Below are positions 14,306 to 35,287 of a DNA stretch of 64,000 nt, in pieces. Source of the stretch: the human T2T-CHM13v2.0 reference genome, Homo sapiens; NCBI RefSeq assembly GCF_009914755.1, contig NC_060928.1, one strand, 5' to 3'. A program made the translations under genes and the position numbers. Below the pieces are notes generated by a model that was not told where the DNA came from, did not search any database, and saw only the letters and a list, made by a program, of their open reading frames with translations. Positions within the stretch are counted from its first letter, which is position 1. The number at the start of each line of letters is the position of its first letter.

Positions 14306-14935
14306 CTACACAGAAAAAGATTGCTAAACATTAATTGTAAGGCAAAATAATCACTCTCAAATCAGGTATATCTAACATGAAAATACTTATACGCAACAAT
14401 AGTTACTGATTAGAAAATTTGTTATGAGCTAAGGTATTCTGAAGGAAGAATATAAAGTACACTATAAGGTGAAAGGATACAATTTCACAAAAACATATTC
14501 ACAAACAGAATTTCTTTACCATGCTAAAACTAACAAACAAAAAACAGTATAAACAAACACATCCTTCAACCCAAACTATACACTTTATGGAGTTAAAATC
14601 TGAGAGCTTAATATTATGCTACAAAGTAAAAAATATTCAAAACACACAAAATCAGTTTGAAGAATAAGTTTATAGGAGATTCCAGGCACGGTGGCTGACA
14701 CCTGTAATCACTGCACTTTGGGAGGCGGAGACAGGTGGATTGCTTGTGGCCAGGAGTTTAAGACCAGCCTTGAACACATGGCAAAACCCTGTCTCTACAA
14801 AATATACAAAAATTAGGCAGGCATGGTAGCATGCCTCTGTAGTCCCAGCTATTACTCAGGAAGCTGAGGTGGGTGGATTGCTTGCACTCAGGAGTTCAAG
14901 ATCAGCCTTGAAAACACAGCACAGCCCTGTCTCTA

Positions 14936-15217
<282 letters not shown>

Positions 15218-15516
15218 TCAGGCATGGTGGTGGGTGCCTGTAATACCAGCTACTCAGGAGGCCGAGGCAGGAGAATTGCTTGAACCCGCCAGGCAGAGGT
15301 TGCAGTGAGCAGAGATCACGTCACTGCACTCCAGCCTGGGCGATGAAGTAAGACTCCGTCTCAAAAAAAAAAAAAAATTTGTGTTGCACTGTCTCACCAC
15401 TTAAGTTTCTTTTGGCCAGCACCAACTTGTATTACAGTGCTCTTTTAAAGGTCTAGTATACGTTAAGAATTCAATTAACATACAACACAATATGTAGACT
15501 CAAAAATGCACATGTT

Positions 15517-15820
<304 letters not shown>

Positions 15821-17051
15821 ATGCACATGTTAAGGATAAGGTAAGGAACCCTCAAATTTAAAACAGATTATTAGGCAACTTTTAAAATATACTGATTAAT
15901 GATAAATAATGTGATCTGAAATAGCTGGAAGTATTTTTATTTTTGAAATGATCTCGTAAAAAAACCAAGTAAACAAAAATTGTTTAATAAACGTCTTAAT
16001 GTCTATGGCCTCCCACTTTCTTACCCAGATAAAATTTTCATGTGTTAATAAAATACTGCATTTAGGATTTGTAATTCTCTGGCTGGCAGAGAAAAATTAT
16101 ACATTATTAATGATCAAGTAATTACAAAGTATCAAAACACTTAACGCTATAATTATGGAAAATAATACTGCAGACTGTGACTTGTTTCTATGAATCAGAG
16201 ACACCACTACAGTTAGCAGTGAGTGTAAAATAATGAGTGTCAGAAACTTATATTGGGTGACTTCATTTTTAAAAGTAACCAAAGTGAAAAATGAAGCCTT
16301 GCGTTTTTGCTTAAATGATTTACAAAAAATATTTGATGTCCATCCTGGGATAGGGAATTCCTCCCCCATAACTTTGAAAGTGCAGTTGCTTCATTCCCAC
16401 CATTCAAAATTCTCATGGAGTCACATTTAGTTATTCAACTATTTAGCATTTATTCCTATAAGACCTTCAAAATGGCGTGTTCTGGGCAAGTAACTGCTAA
16501 GATAGCAGTAGGCCTTGTCAGCGATTTCTCAGAACCTAGGATTAGTATGAGAACTATTATGGTGAATTTACATCAAGAAAAATTCTGGCACCAACTACTG
16601 AATCAGTTGAACTAAAACAACGGAGAATCTCGAACATCTCCAGAATATTAATAGTAAATATCTACTTTCCAATCAGCTTTTAAAGCAAAACAGGTAAATG
16701 GAATGCAAGGAGAAATTTAATGAATTTCATAAATTTGTCAACACTACTATCAAGCCAAATAGAATTTAGTCATTCTAAGCTCTTGAGAAGAAACATTAAA
16801 AACTATCTGAGTTAATGGCAATCATATTTTCCACTTAAAAATCATACAATTATACCAAATTAGTTAAAACACACCATACAATGTGTTCAGATAAGTTACA
16901 GACCCAAACGACAAGCACTAGTAAATGAAAAAGTTGGTAGGCTGACAAATGGCACAGGTTCTTAAATTTGGATCAGTATGTATTCAGTTTCATGATTTAA
17001 AGATCTTAAGACTTAGAATATACTGCAATGCTGTTTATTTATTCTAATGAC

Positions 17052-17343
17052 TTTCTTTTTTTTTTTTTTAGACAGAGTCTCACTCTGTCACTCCGGCTGG
17101 AATGCAGTGGCTTGAACTCAACTCAGTACAAACTCTGCCTCCCGGGTTCAAGGATTCTCCCGCCTCAGCCTCTTGCGTAGTTGCGGTTCCAGGTGCCGGT
17201 CACCACCCCTGGTTAATTTTTGTATTTTTAGTAGAGACACCATGTTGGTCAGGCTGGTCTCCTGAACTCCTGACCTCAAGTGATCCGCCCACCTCAGCCT
17301 CCCAAAGTGCTGGGATTACAGGCATGAGCCACCACGGCTGGCC
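17052..17343 (-). mobile_element. AluS, about 230 bp downstream of the exon 9 donor
   Basis: Full dimer in reverse orientation with poly-T, TSD ATGAC. Confidence 0.85.
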
Positions 17344-17575
17344 ATGACATTATTTTAACACAAAGAAGTTAAAAAGAGTTACACAGATAAAATACTAAGC
17401 TTTCTTCATAAAAAATTTTTCATACAATTTATTCCATAAGAAGGATGGAAACACAGATGACAATGAAACCAACATCTATTAATGAAAGTTTTGATATGTA
17501 TAGTTTTAATCAAGTGGACTGCACCCTACTGACTATTTTCTAAAATATAAACATCAGAATTATATGTTCTCTTAC

Positions 17576-17691
17576 CGTCCAAGAAAACATTGCCAAAGAG
17601 GACGATTCTGTGTTGCCAAATCAGAATCTTTGGAGCCAAACAATTTAGCTAGAAGTCGAACAACAGCTAATCGCTCTTCTCCATCATTGCT
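17576..17691 (-). CDS. PDS5A: PDS5A exon 9, 116 nt, [38 protein letters not shown](R)
   Basis: Manual translation. CCCTTCTTAG acceptor, GTAAGA donor, phase 0-2. Confidence 0.97.
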
Positions 17692-18115
17692 CTAAGAAGG
17701 GAAAACAGAAAGTGAAGCCTAAGCTTTATTCACCAGATTACAGAAAATATCTTGAAACATTCTCAAGAAGATACTATTTCATATTTCTGCTTATAACTGT
17801 GAGAAGTTTAAAATATCATATGTCCTCACTTACTATGCAGAAATTGATTTAATTTCATGTTAGATCATCTGGGTTTTTGCTCTTATTTCACACCCTCCCA
17901 ACTGCTAATTTATGTCTACTTCACTGATTAATTGCATTCTATACATTGGTTATGGACACTGTACAAATATGAGACATACAATTCACTTCTAACATTAAGA
18001 ACCCTATAAAAACATCTATGAAGGACAAAGTTACAGTTACCACCCTAATAAGCTTACTTTATAGGAAATCTGCAATTTACGTTCCAACATAAACACACAT
18101 CAATTAAAGTTTTGA

Positions 18116-23610
<5,495 letters not shown>

Positions 23611-24277
23611 ATTTTTTTTTCATAAAGTATGTGGGAAAATAGTTATAAATATGAGCAAATGAACAATGGAATTAGTTGCTATAAGGTAGTGAGATTGCAA
23701 ACTTTTTTTTCCAAATTATTGATTTTTTTAGGAAAAACAAACCCAGAACAAATTCCTCAGTAAACCTTTTTTTAACTATTACTATGTAGCAACTATCACA
23801 ATCTTTCATTACTGAAAAGTATTTAAATCTTTGCCAAAAACAACAGGCAAAACAACCAAACCATTTTCTAAATAAATCTCTGTAATCTTGAAAAAATAAA
23901 ATAAAAAAAAAAGGAAGAAACATTACAGGACTTCAGAAGAATGACCCAAAAGAAACAAAGAAAAAAATATATAGAGAGAGACACAGAGACCCAAGGAAAA
24001 TATGAAAGAGATCAGCATATCTGGGAGACAATGAAATAAACATAAATACAAATGCAGATAAGGGGATGGGAGTTGCAGACGACTTTTCTTATAGTAATAT
24101 CCACCCTTTAAAAACGTCATGAAACTTATGCTGCATTTCTCTAACCCTGGTCACATCTGGACATAAGTTATTTTATATTTATAAGCTAAATAAACTTTTA
24201 TGTAAGAGGTTCTAATAAATTAATACAATGGATTAAGAATTACAAAATATAGAATAAACATAGAAAGAAATACATAC

Positions 24278-24358
24278 ATTGGCAATGCATGCCTCAATAG
24301 TCTGGACTGTTCTTTTCAATAGCACTTTTGCAAGGTCAAAGGACTGTTTATTTAAGTT
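24278..24358 (-). CDS. PDS5A: PDS5A exon 7, 81 nt, [27 protein letters not shown]
   Basis: Manual translation. TTTTTCAG acceptor, GTATGT donor, phase 0-0. Confidence 0.97.
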
Positions 24359-25079
24359 CTGAAAAATAATAAAAACATGGAAAGTTACAAATAAATGTTA
24401 ATTTATGAGATAGTAACATTAGAATACTGTAGTCTTCAAATCTGTAATAAAATATGAATTTTGCTTCACTAAAATATGAAGCAAAAATAAAAATAACTGA
24501 GTTCTCTTCAAGGTTTTGCCAAATATCCTCTAGTCAAGTGATCTTAAATGCAGACGTTGCAAATCGAACTAATTTATTAATCAAAAACTAAAATGGGTTA
24601 GTTAGCAAAAGCACAACACTATATTGTTTTATTAAACTCAAAACAGACCTAATGCTTTTTGGTTTTATCTGTTAACCAATGTAAACTGACAACTACACCC
24701 ACGTATCTTAAACACATACACTCCCTGATCTAACACAACATGCTCGATTATTTCATTGTTTAATCAATGCGTGCTCTGGAGAAGAGTAGACCTGGTAAGC
24801 GTTTCAAATAAAAAGCGTTCTTGATCAATTGTATTTTTGAAATGCTTAATACTATGCTCCCGTTTCAAGAGTCCCAATGTACTCAAATAAATTAAAGGAT
24901 CTGAGAAGGACCTTAGAAAATATATTATTTAATTTTTTTTAAATGCCTGAAAAGGGAATTCTTGTTTTGAATAATACCTATTAACATTGCTATATCTTGA
25001 AGTTTTGGATCAAACAGATTCATTCACCATCATCTAACACCTCTTCCAAAACAAGGCTAGGAAACCCTACACTCTAGGC

Positions 25080-25304
25080 CAGGGGTCAGCAAACTTTTTC
25101 TATGAAGGGCCACATGGTAAATATTTTAGGTTTTGTGGGTCATACAAATCACTGCAACAACTACACAACTCTGCTGTTGTAGCATGAAAGCAGATATAAA
25201 CAAAACGAAAACGAATGAACATGGCTGTGTTCCAATAAAATCTTACTTACATAAATAAGCAATAGTCCAAATCTGATCAACAAGCCATAGCTTCTTGACC
25301 CCTG
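25080..25304 (+). mobile_element. MER58A hAT-Charlie MITE, complete
   Basis: TIRs CAGGGGTCAGCAAACT / AGCTTCTTGACCCCTG, imperfect 8-bp TSD CTCTAGGC/CTCTATAC, and internal GGCTGTGTTCCAATAAAA. Confidence 0.88.
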
Positions 25305-25535
25305 CTCTATACTTTTATTTCATTGGCAAAGGATAAGATTTGCTTAAAATTAAGTTAACATTTCTATTTCTTAAAAGAAGTCTATTTCCTACTACTAATA
25401 AAAATGCTCTCAAGCCAGATGTGGTTGCTCATGCCTGTAATCTCAGCACTTCGGGAGGCTAAAACGGGCAGATCGCTTGAGCCCAGGAGTTTGAGATAAG
25501 CCTGGGCAACATAGCGAAACCCTGTTTCTACAAAG

Positions 25536-25729
<194 letters not shown>

Positions 25730-26582
25730 CTACTTACCTAGTATATAAAAACCAAATATACTGTCTTAATCTGCCAAAATATACTCTCCTTTGCCATAGT
25801 CTCAGAATTTTTATAAACTACAGAATTTTGTAAACTACATTTGAATTAATAAAATGTAAATAATATTTAAACTCGAGAAGAATTTAAAATTAATTATATC
25901 TTTCTGTGAATGAGTATAATTGGACAGATTTTTCCTCTAATGTCTGATAACAGGATACTGAACCACTAGAAGAAAAGAGCAGGAGAGCAAATATCAACAT
26001 TGGGGTAGGCCTGAGTAGAGCCCAGTGGTGGAGCCTGAGGGCAGCCAAGTCCTTCAGATTCTTAGGAGGATCTGGTGGAGATAAATAGAAAAAGGAAACA
26101 GGGAAGAATGATACACCTTTGAATCATCCTTTTCTTCTTAACATTAACCATATAGCTTCTGCCCAAATCTTTTTCTGAGAGTACCTAAGAAAAAGGTACG
26201 ATACGGATTCTGAAAAGAAATCCAAACTCCTATGTTTCACATCTATGTTAAAAAGGAGGAAATACATTTCTTTTCCAAACAAAGTTAACCAAAAGGCAAC
26301 ACCCCTAACCCCTTACAATTCTCAGATTATTTGTGTGAATACAAAACATTTTCAGTTTCCAGAAAACAGCACTTAAATGAATGAAACTCCTACATGATAT
26401 GTTAATCAATATATTTTGTAAAAATAATAGCCACAAGACTAATGCATGTTATTTTATTTGAGGTGGAGAACGGTCATGAGAACAATTACATGGGATTGCA
26501 AATGGCCATAAAACAACTGTTCATTCTTATGTGTGGCGTGACTGTTAAACATTAACCTTGAATATCTTCATACTTTACAGAC

Positions 26583-26709
26583 CTTATGTGCAGGAATGAG
26601 GTTAATAAGAATGGAGTCCAATAATTCTTGAGTAACTCCATCACCTTCCATGATGATAGAACTCATCAAATCTAGCATGTGCATTTGTACCTTCTTATTG
26701 TGGCTATTG
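26583..26709 (-). CDS. PDS5A: PDS5A exon 6, 127 nt, (N)[42 protein letters not shown]
   Basis: Manual translation. T17-ATAG acceptor, donor GTCTGT, phase 2-0. Confidence 0.97.
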
Positions 26710-27599
26710 CTATAAAAAAAAAAAAAAAAAGAATAAGTAGTAGGAGGAGGAAAAGAAGAGAATTCAAGCTTCTAATAGGAAATTAAACGTCCTAGTTTAA
26801 AACAACAATCTCACATGTAAAGGATTTTCACTTGAGGGACAGTGCCAATAATGGCAGAGAAATTTTGGCTGCTCTATTTTCTTTCTCCTTTTGTTGACTA
26901 TTACAACAGTTGTAAGGTACTGTTGTATTTTATAAAAACAAAGACAAACCTAATTTCTAATAAACTACATTTTCTTCCATTCACTTTTTTTAAAAAAGAA
27001 AAGAAAAAGGCCGGGCACAGTGGCTCGGACCTGTAATCCCAGCACTTTGGGAGGCTGAGGCAGGTGGATCACCTGACATCAGGAGTTCAAGACCAGCCTG
27101 GCCAACATGGTGAAACCCCGTCTTTACAAAAATACAAAAATTAGTGAAGCGTGGTGGCGGGCACCTGGAATTCCAGTTTCTGGGGAGGCTAAGGCGGAAG
27201 AATCACTTGAAACTGGGAGGCGGAGTTTGCAGTGAGCAGAGATCATGCCACTGCACTCCGGCCTGGGCAACAGAGTGAGACTTTGTATCAATTAAAAAAA
27301 AAAAAAAAGAAAAAAAAAAGGAAAAGGAAAAAAAGACCTTTTAAAATAAATTAAGTCTTTACACAACTAGGATTCCAAAAGTAAATTAAATTCTGCCTTA
27401 AAAAATGTCAATTTTAGCCTGGGCAACATGGCAAAACCCTGTCTCTACAAAAAAATTAAAAATTGGCCAGCTGAGTAGCCCCAGCTACTCAGAAGGCTGA
27501 CATGGGAGGATCACTGGAGCCCAGGAGGTCGAGGCATCAGCAAGCCATGATCGTGCCACTGCACTCCAGCCTGGGGGACAGACCAAGACCCTGTCTCAA

Positions 27600-27619
27600 A
27601 ACACACACACACAAACACA

Positions 27620-27652
<33 letters not shown>
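27600..27652 (+). repeat. (CA)n microsatellite (another at ~47088-47125)
   Basis: Direct reading. Confidence 0.95.
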
Positions 27653-27655
<3 letters not shown>

Positions 27656-28034
27656 TCCACTTCAAGGAAAGAACACTTCTGCTTACATGCCCCAGATTTT
27701 TAAAGGTGATAAAATTTTAAGGAAACAAACAAAAAAGTATACAATAATAAAGGCAGACATTTTTTTCAACTCCCACACCTTAAGTCTTAATAAATTCCTC
27801 AAACTAAGATAAAAACCTATTTAAACACCCCCAAATGCATAAGCCAACATAAGCAATTATTGCTGTATCCTTGCCACTAGAAGTTTTAACTCACCAATAC
27901 TGAAAATCAAAAGTTTCATCTAAAATGCTTTCAATAACTAGAAGGCTTTTCTGAAAATGTCATCCTAGTACCTCCTAAAGAATTTCAAACAGACAAATGA
28001 AAAATCAATAAAGCATAAAATATAAGGCCAAGAA

Positions 28035-28342
28035 TCACTTTCAAGTGCTTCCACAATGAGGCCTGCCCTTTCTTGCTACTTTTGAACCCAGTCAGCATAC
28101 GAACAGGCCTGGGCTGTCCTCCTGAATGGATGAGACATGTGACCCAGTTCTATCACTTCAGCCCACCTCAGCTTACGGCCAGATATTGACCAGATATCCT
28201 GCCAACTGACTACAAACACAGGTGCAAATCCAACCCAAATAAAATCAACTGCCAAGCAGAATCATGAGCTAAATAAAATGGTGGCTGTCTTAAACTATCA
28301 AGTTTTAGGTTACTTTGTAATGCAGCAAAAGCTAACAAACAC
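28035..28342 (+). mobile_element. MLT1-type MaLR LTR fragment
   Basis: Typical 3' end: CAGAATCATGAGCTAAATAAAATGGTGGCTGTCTTAAACTATCAAGTTTTAGG...GCAGCAAAAGCTAAC. Confidence 0.7.
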
Positions 28343-28549
28343 AAAGGTTTATATGTTCTATCATTTACTTTAAGGGCTTACTGCTAGTCAAATGCCACAG
28401 AAGTTTCTTCTCATGCTATCTTTCTACAAGCTTCTATCCTATGCCAAGCTGGAGTGATCCTTTCCTGTTTGTTTCAGGATAATGTCTAATCCTACCATTC
28501 CATCTAAGGAAAAAGAAAATATGATATAGCATTCATTAAAACTCTGGAA

Positions 28550-28768
28550 ATGTGCTGTTCAATATGCAAGCCATTTGCCACATATGGCTGGTGAACATGT
28601 GAAACATGAGGAGGGCCACATGTTGGAATGAAAATACTTTTGGATACAGTGGAATAAATAACATATATTATCAATATGAATTTCACTTGTTTTTACTTTT
28701 CTATTAATGTGACTACTAGAAAACTTATGTGAGGTATGTTTGCATATAATGTAATGCTCTAGAACACT
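28550..28768. mobile_element. MER3/MER33-like hAT-Charlie MITE
   Basis: GTGCTGTTCAATATGCAAGCCATTTGCCACATATGGCT...TTTCACTTGTTT...ATGTGACTACTAGAAAA. Confidence 0.6.
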
Positions 28769-29815
28769 TCTCATAACAGTGCTTAATTTACTATACAAAA
28801 AACAAACCAGGCTGGGTGTGGTAGCTCACACCTGTAAACCCAGCACTTTGGGAGGCCGAGGTGGGTGGATCACTTGAGGTCAAAAGTTTTAGACCAGCCT
28901 GGCCAACATGGCAAAACTCTATCTCTACTAAAAATACAAAAATTAGCCGGGTGTGGTGGCACACACCTGTAGTCCCAGCTACTCAGGAGGCTGAGACAGG
29001 AGGACTGCTCGAACCCGGGAGGTGGAAGTTGCAGTGAGCCAAGATGGCACCACTGCACTCCAGTATGGGTGACAGAGCAAGACACTGTCTCAAAAAAAAC
29101 AAAACAAAACAACCCACACAGAATAAAACAATAACAACAAAACCCACACACAAAAAAAACCAAACCAAAACAAAACAAAAAACCCACAAACCAAAAAACA
29201 TGGGCTAAAATCAGAATTTGAGCCTCCTGTCCAGCAACTGGTCCTTGGGCAAGCCACTACACTTCCTGACTCTGGATTAGTTTCCCTATTTCTATAAAGA
29301 GAAGGCCAATTTAGGCAATGTTTAAGATTTTTTTCTAGGTCTAGAATAAGAAGTTGTCAAAGTTAGTGAGCTTAAAGACTGAGCTATTACGTCTCCCAGA
29401 ACTAATGGTACATACAATATGCATAATTTCTACCTCATAATTTAATACTTCATTGTATTAACGTAAGGTTTCAGACGATTTGCTTTACAACCATATGTGG
29501 TTGCCTCTATTAGATAGTAAGTCCCTTCAAAACAAGAGCACCACTTTATACTTCTCTACTGGTCCATGGCCTCCAGGACAGCCTGGGCGACTGAAGAGCC
29601 AACCAGTAAATTGGTACCATAATTTAAAATTCGTAGTATAAGGTCAAAGGCAGTGTTCGGACAACAGAATTTTTACTTTCCCCTTTATGTTAAGTTTTCT
29701 AAGGAAAACAATTCCTTATAACTCTGAAATATCTTAGTGTACATGTAGAGTATACAACATCTGAATACATAATCAAGAAAAAGAGACAAACAGAAATGCT
29801 TAAAAAATAACTTAC

Positions 29816-29913
29816 TTGATCACTGAGAAGAGAGTTCTAAAAAGCTGAATAAAAATTTCATTGCAATCTTCCAATTCAAAGCAGATGTTATATGATTTAA
29901 CCCAAGCTAAATT
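29816..29913 (-). CDS. PDS5A: PDS5A exon 5, 98 nt, [32 protein letters not shown](N)
   Basis: Manual translation. Acceptor TTTATTTAAG (AAG type), donor GTAAGT, phase 0-2. Confidence 0.97.
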
Positions 29914-30188
29914 CTTAAATAAATAAAAATAATTATTGAATTATACATATATACAGAATAGTTATATAATAAAAAACTCAGTAAAAAATTAATTTTTAGA
30001 GTTAGAAACATATTAAAGTCTATAAAGACTCAACATATAAAATTTTAAGTGTTAATCACATATTCTGACCTTGAAAAAGATATATACCTGATGGCATCAA
30101 TTTTCTCAAACTGAAAAATACTCAATATTTTTAAGTTGGTAGATATATTTCCATACAAAATTTAAGAAGCAGTAAAAATCTGTTTTTA

Positions 30189-30515
<327 letters not shown>

Positions 30516-30754
30516 GAAATAGATACAAACAAAAGATATAGTTTCAAATAATCTACAGTTTTTCCATCAGAATATACTTTATCTCTTCAGGATAGGAAGA
30601 AAAATAAAATAATATTTTCCTTATGAAATGTAAAAGACATTTTATTATAGGCTTTGAATAAAATAAACACTCATTTTACATTACAAAGTTAACATGAAGA
30701 ATTTGCTATCATGTGAAATAATGTTAATAGTTATTAAAGTTTTTTTTTTTTTAC

Positions 30755-30841
30755 CTCTAATAAATAAAAGTATCTATTAAACTGTGGACTCTTTGTATCC
30801 TCCAAACCTTTTAATTGTCTGGTAATAAACAAAAATATGTC
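30755..30841 (-). CDS. PDS5A: PDS5A exon 4, 87 nt, [29 protein letters not shown]
   Basis: Manual translation. T11-AACAG acceptor, GTAAAA donor, in frame with the previous exon. Confidence 0.97.
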
Positions 30842-31940
30842 CTGTTAAAAAAAAAAACACATTAATTTAGACACAAATACTTTTCTTTCACAACACACTA
30901 ATAGTATGTAACTTTATTATTTGTGTACAAACTACAATAAAAGAAAATTCTCCTTTAGATGAATGTCTTGGGATTGGCCTAATCCATTATTCAAAATGAT
31001 TCAAAAGATCCAATCAAATAAAATTATACTCTTTAGAAGCAAAAATAAACTATAAATCTTTAGGCTTTCTCTTTCAGAGCGGACCACAGGCTCTATATCT
31101 CATTATAATTTCTTCTACTATCGTGCTTTCACTTTACTCACTATCTCCACCTTGCATTGGGGCAAAAACTATCTTCATTTTAAGGAGTTGGATATGAGTA
31201 TTTCCATTACTATTACCTACAAGTAAATAGTAATTTTTAGCCAATGTTTTGAAGTTGATGTATGATTACGAAGTTGTGTGTGAAAAAAGGCAACAGACTA
31301 GTCCAATGGTTCTATGATTCATGATGGTAGTCTTTCATTTCTTAATAAGCTTTCTTTAGAAATTTTAACTCACAGTAGTATCAATATAATACAAAATGAT
31401 TTTAGGACTATTTTTAAAGAAAGCAGTCTACAGGATTAAAATTTGCCAAGAATGAAATTATTCAAAATACAAAATCTCCCCAAGAGATCAATGTTAAGAG
31501 TTCCACAAACACTTGAACAAAGGCAGAACAACCAAGATGAGCATATAGTTTTGCATGCTGAATAACTTATAGGGGAAAATAGTCATATGAATATGTAAAT
31601 TCTGGTATGCTATTATTTTAAAAAGTATCATTAATCTGCTATTTATCCCTGGAACATAGCTATCTGGGCTTTTGTGATGAATTAGCCAGAAAATTGGATT
31701 TGAGCATACAGGGACTAGTTTTGAACTATACCTTTCTATGCTTCAAATCAAACAACCAAGCAACCCAGTCATTTGTGGAAATACTAACTGAATGAATAAT
31801 TTTGCAACTTACAATATATTCTTAAGATGAAGAGACTAATATGAAACCTATGTTCATAAAGGTAAAATATAAAAATAAAAGTATACCTTCTGAACAGTGG
31901 TGAATGAAAAATACAATAAAGTGAAAAAGGCTGTATTTAC

Positions 31941-32144
31941 CTTAAGTTTATCATGGGAAGTATATGGAGCTTCTGGGGCATAGATACGAAAGATATCAGC
32001 CAAACAACATGCTACAAGGAGACGCACATCTTTATTGGGGTTCCTGAGGAAGAATTCAGATGCAAGATGCAAGGCTAGTGGGAGATACTGCTGTTTTTCA
32101 TCTTCTGAGTCCTGATCCATATCCATAAAGGTTTTCACTACCAT
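31941..32144 (-). CDS. PDS5A: PDS5A coding exon (exon 3), 204 nt, [68 protein letters not shown]
   Basis: Peptide is visible in ORF 31854..32168 and matches the PDS5A N-terminus as recalled. Acceptor TTTTTACAG (AG at 32145-46), donor GTAAAT (GT at 31939-40), phase 0-0. Confidence 0.98.
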
Positions 32145-33134
32145 CTGTAAAAATGTACAAAAACACAAAATAATTAACTCCTGGAATTTAGAAATCAGTG
32201 GAGGATGTGATTTAAAAAAAAAAAGTCATCTCCATTAGCAATCGGTGGCCACCAGACAGTTCACAGTCAACTTTTTATAAATCTTCATTTAAGAATTTCA
32301 GAAAAGATCACAAGCATGAAACGGCTAGTCTAAAAAACCCATAAACAAGTATCACCTTCTCAGGCACATTGTCTGCACTAGTACCTCATTTATGAGGAAC
32401 TTAAGCCTCTTATTATTCATTTTAAATCTAGCCCAGATAGTTCCTGGCCCCATATGGACAATAACATTCATTTGATATTTGGCAACATCATTAACTATGC
32501 TTCTTTTATATTTTATTATTAAAGGAGCCTTCTTCAGGCTCCTTAAAATTGCTATTTCATTTCATGCTTTAATGAGTTTTACACTTCATAATAAAAAGTC
32601 ATTTTCCATGCTGGACAACATGGCAAGACCCTGTCTCTACAAAAAATACAAAAACCAGCTGGGTATGGTAGCATGTGTCTGTAGTCCCAGCTGCACAGGA
32701 GGATGAGATAGGAGGGTCCCTTGAGCCCAGGAGGCGGAGGCTGCAGTGCGCCAAGATCACACCACTGCAATCCAGACTAGGCAACAGAGTGAGACACTGT
32801 CTTTAAAAAAAAAAAAAAAAGGCATTTTAAAATTATATTAATGCAGTTGTATTTCTAATTAAAACATTTAATTAACCTGCTTTTATGGTTATAAAATTAA
32901 CCAATGCACACTTTGGAATCATTATAAAATGCAAAGAATCATGAAAAAAAATAAAAGAAAAATCCATAATTTATCAACTCCAGAAACTACCATTCACATT
33001 TTTGTGTACTTTATGCTGGCCTGTTTTCTCTGTAATTATGCAAATAACTATAATTCTTTATGTATCAAATCACAATAATTTCCTCAGATCTTAAAAATGA
33101 TTCTCTAATTATAAATCACAGTTTACTTAATCTG

Positions 33135-34055
<921 letters not shown>

Positions 34056-34084
34056 TAGCACACAACTGTAATCCCAGCTACTCA

Positions 34085-34189
<105 letters not shown>

Positions 34190-35287
34190 TCAAAAAAAAA
34201 AAAAAAAGTTTTTTTGTTTTTTGTTTTTTTTTTTTAAGAGACAGGGTTTTGCCATGTTGCCCAGGCTGGTCTCGAACTCCTGGGCTCAAGCGACCTGCCT
34301 GCCTCAGCCTCCCAAAGTGTTGGGATTACAGGCATAAGCCACCATGCCTGGGCTATTGAGTATTTTTTGACACCTATTGAGATAATCATACTTTTTCCCT
34401 AATTCTGTTAATATAGTAAATCCCAATGGCTGATTTTCTAATTTTAATTCAAGTTTGCATTCTAATTTTACTATTTTAGTCCAAGTTTGCATTGCTAAAA
34501 TAAAGACAACTTGGTCATAACATTTTAAGGTATTACATTTTATTTGCTATTACATTATTTCTATTTCTTTGTAATTATATGAAAGAAACTGGCTTATAAC
34601 TTCTTAAGACAACCGTATCAGGTTTTAGTACTAAATTATACTGGCTTGAAACAAAATAAGCAGTGATCCCTCTTTTTTTCTAACATAGTATATCAAAAGT
34701 GTGATAGTAAGACTGGTTTTATTTCTTCCCTAAATATTTAGGGAAGTATAACTGATAAAAGAAGGAATCATAACGGAAATGAGAAAATATTTTGAACTGA
34801 ATTATAATGTAAATATGAACTACCAAAACTCATAGGATGCACTTACCACTGTACTTAAAGGAAATTTATAATCTTAAATGTGTATTTTACAAAAGAAAGA
34901 ATGCAATCATCTATATTTCCATCTTGAGAAATTAGATAAATCCAAAGAAACTAGAATCAGGGTTTGTGAAACAAAAGATAGAGAAGGGCTGGATGTGATG
35001 GCTCACACCTGTAATCCCAGCACTTTGGGAGGCCAAGTCAGGAGGATCGCTTGAGCCCAGCAGTTCCAAGACAAGGGTCTGGCTCTGTCACCTAGGCTGG
35101 AGTACAGTGGCGCAATCTCAGCTCACTGCAACCTCCACCTCCCAGGCTCAAGAGTTCCTTCCACCTCAGCCCCCTGAGCAGCTGATACTACAGCACACGC
35201 CACCACACCTGGCTAGGTTTTGTACTTTTTTTTTTTTGTAGGATGGGATTTTGCCATATGGTGCCCAGGCTAAAAAAATTTTTTTTA

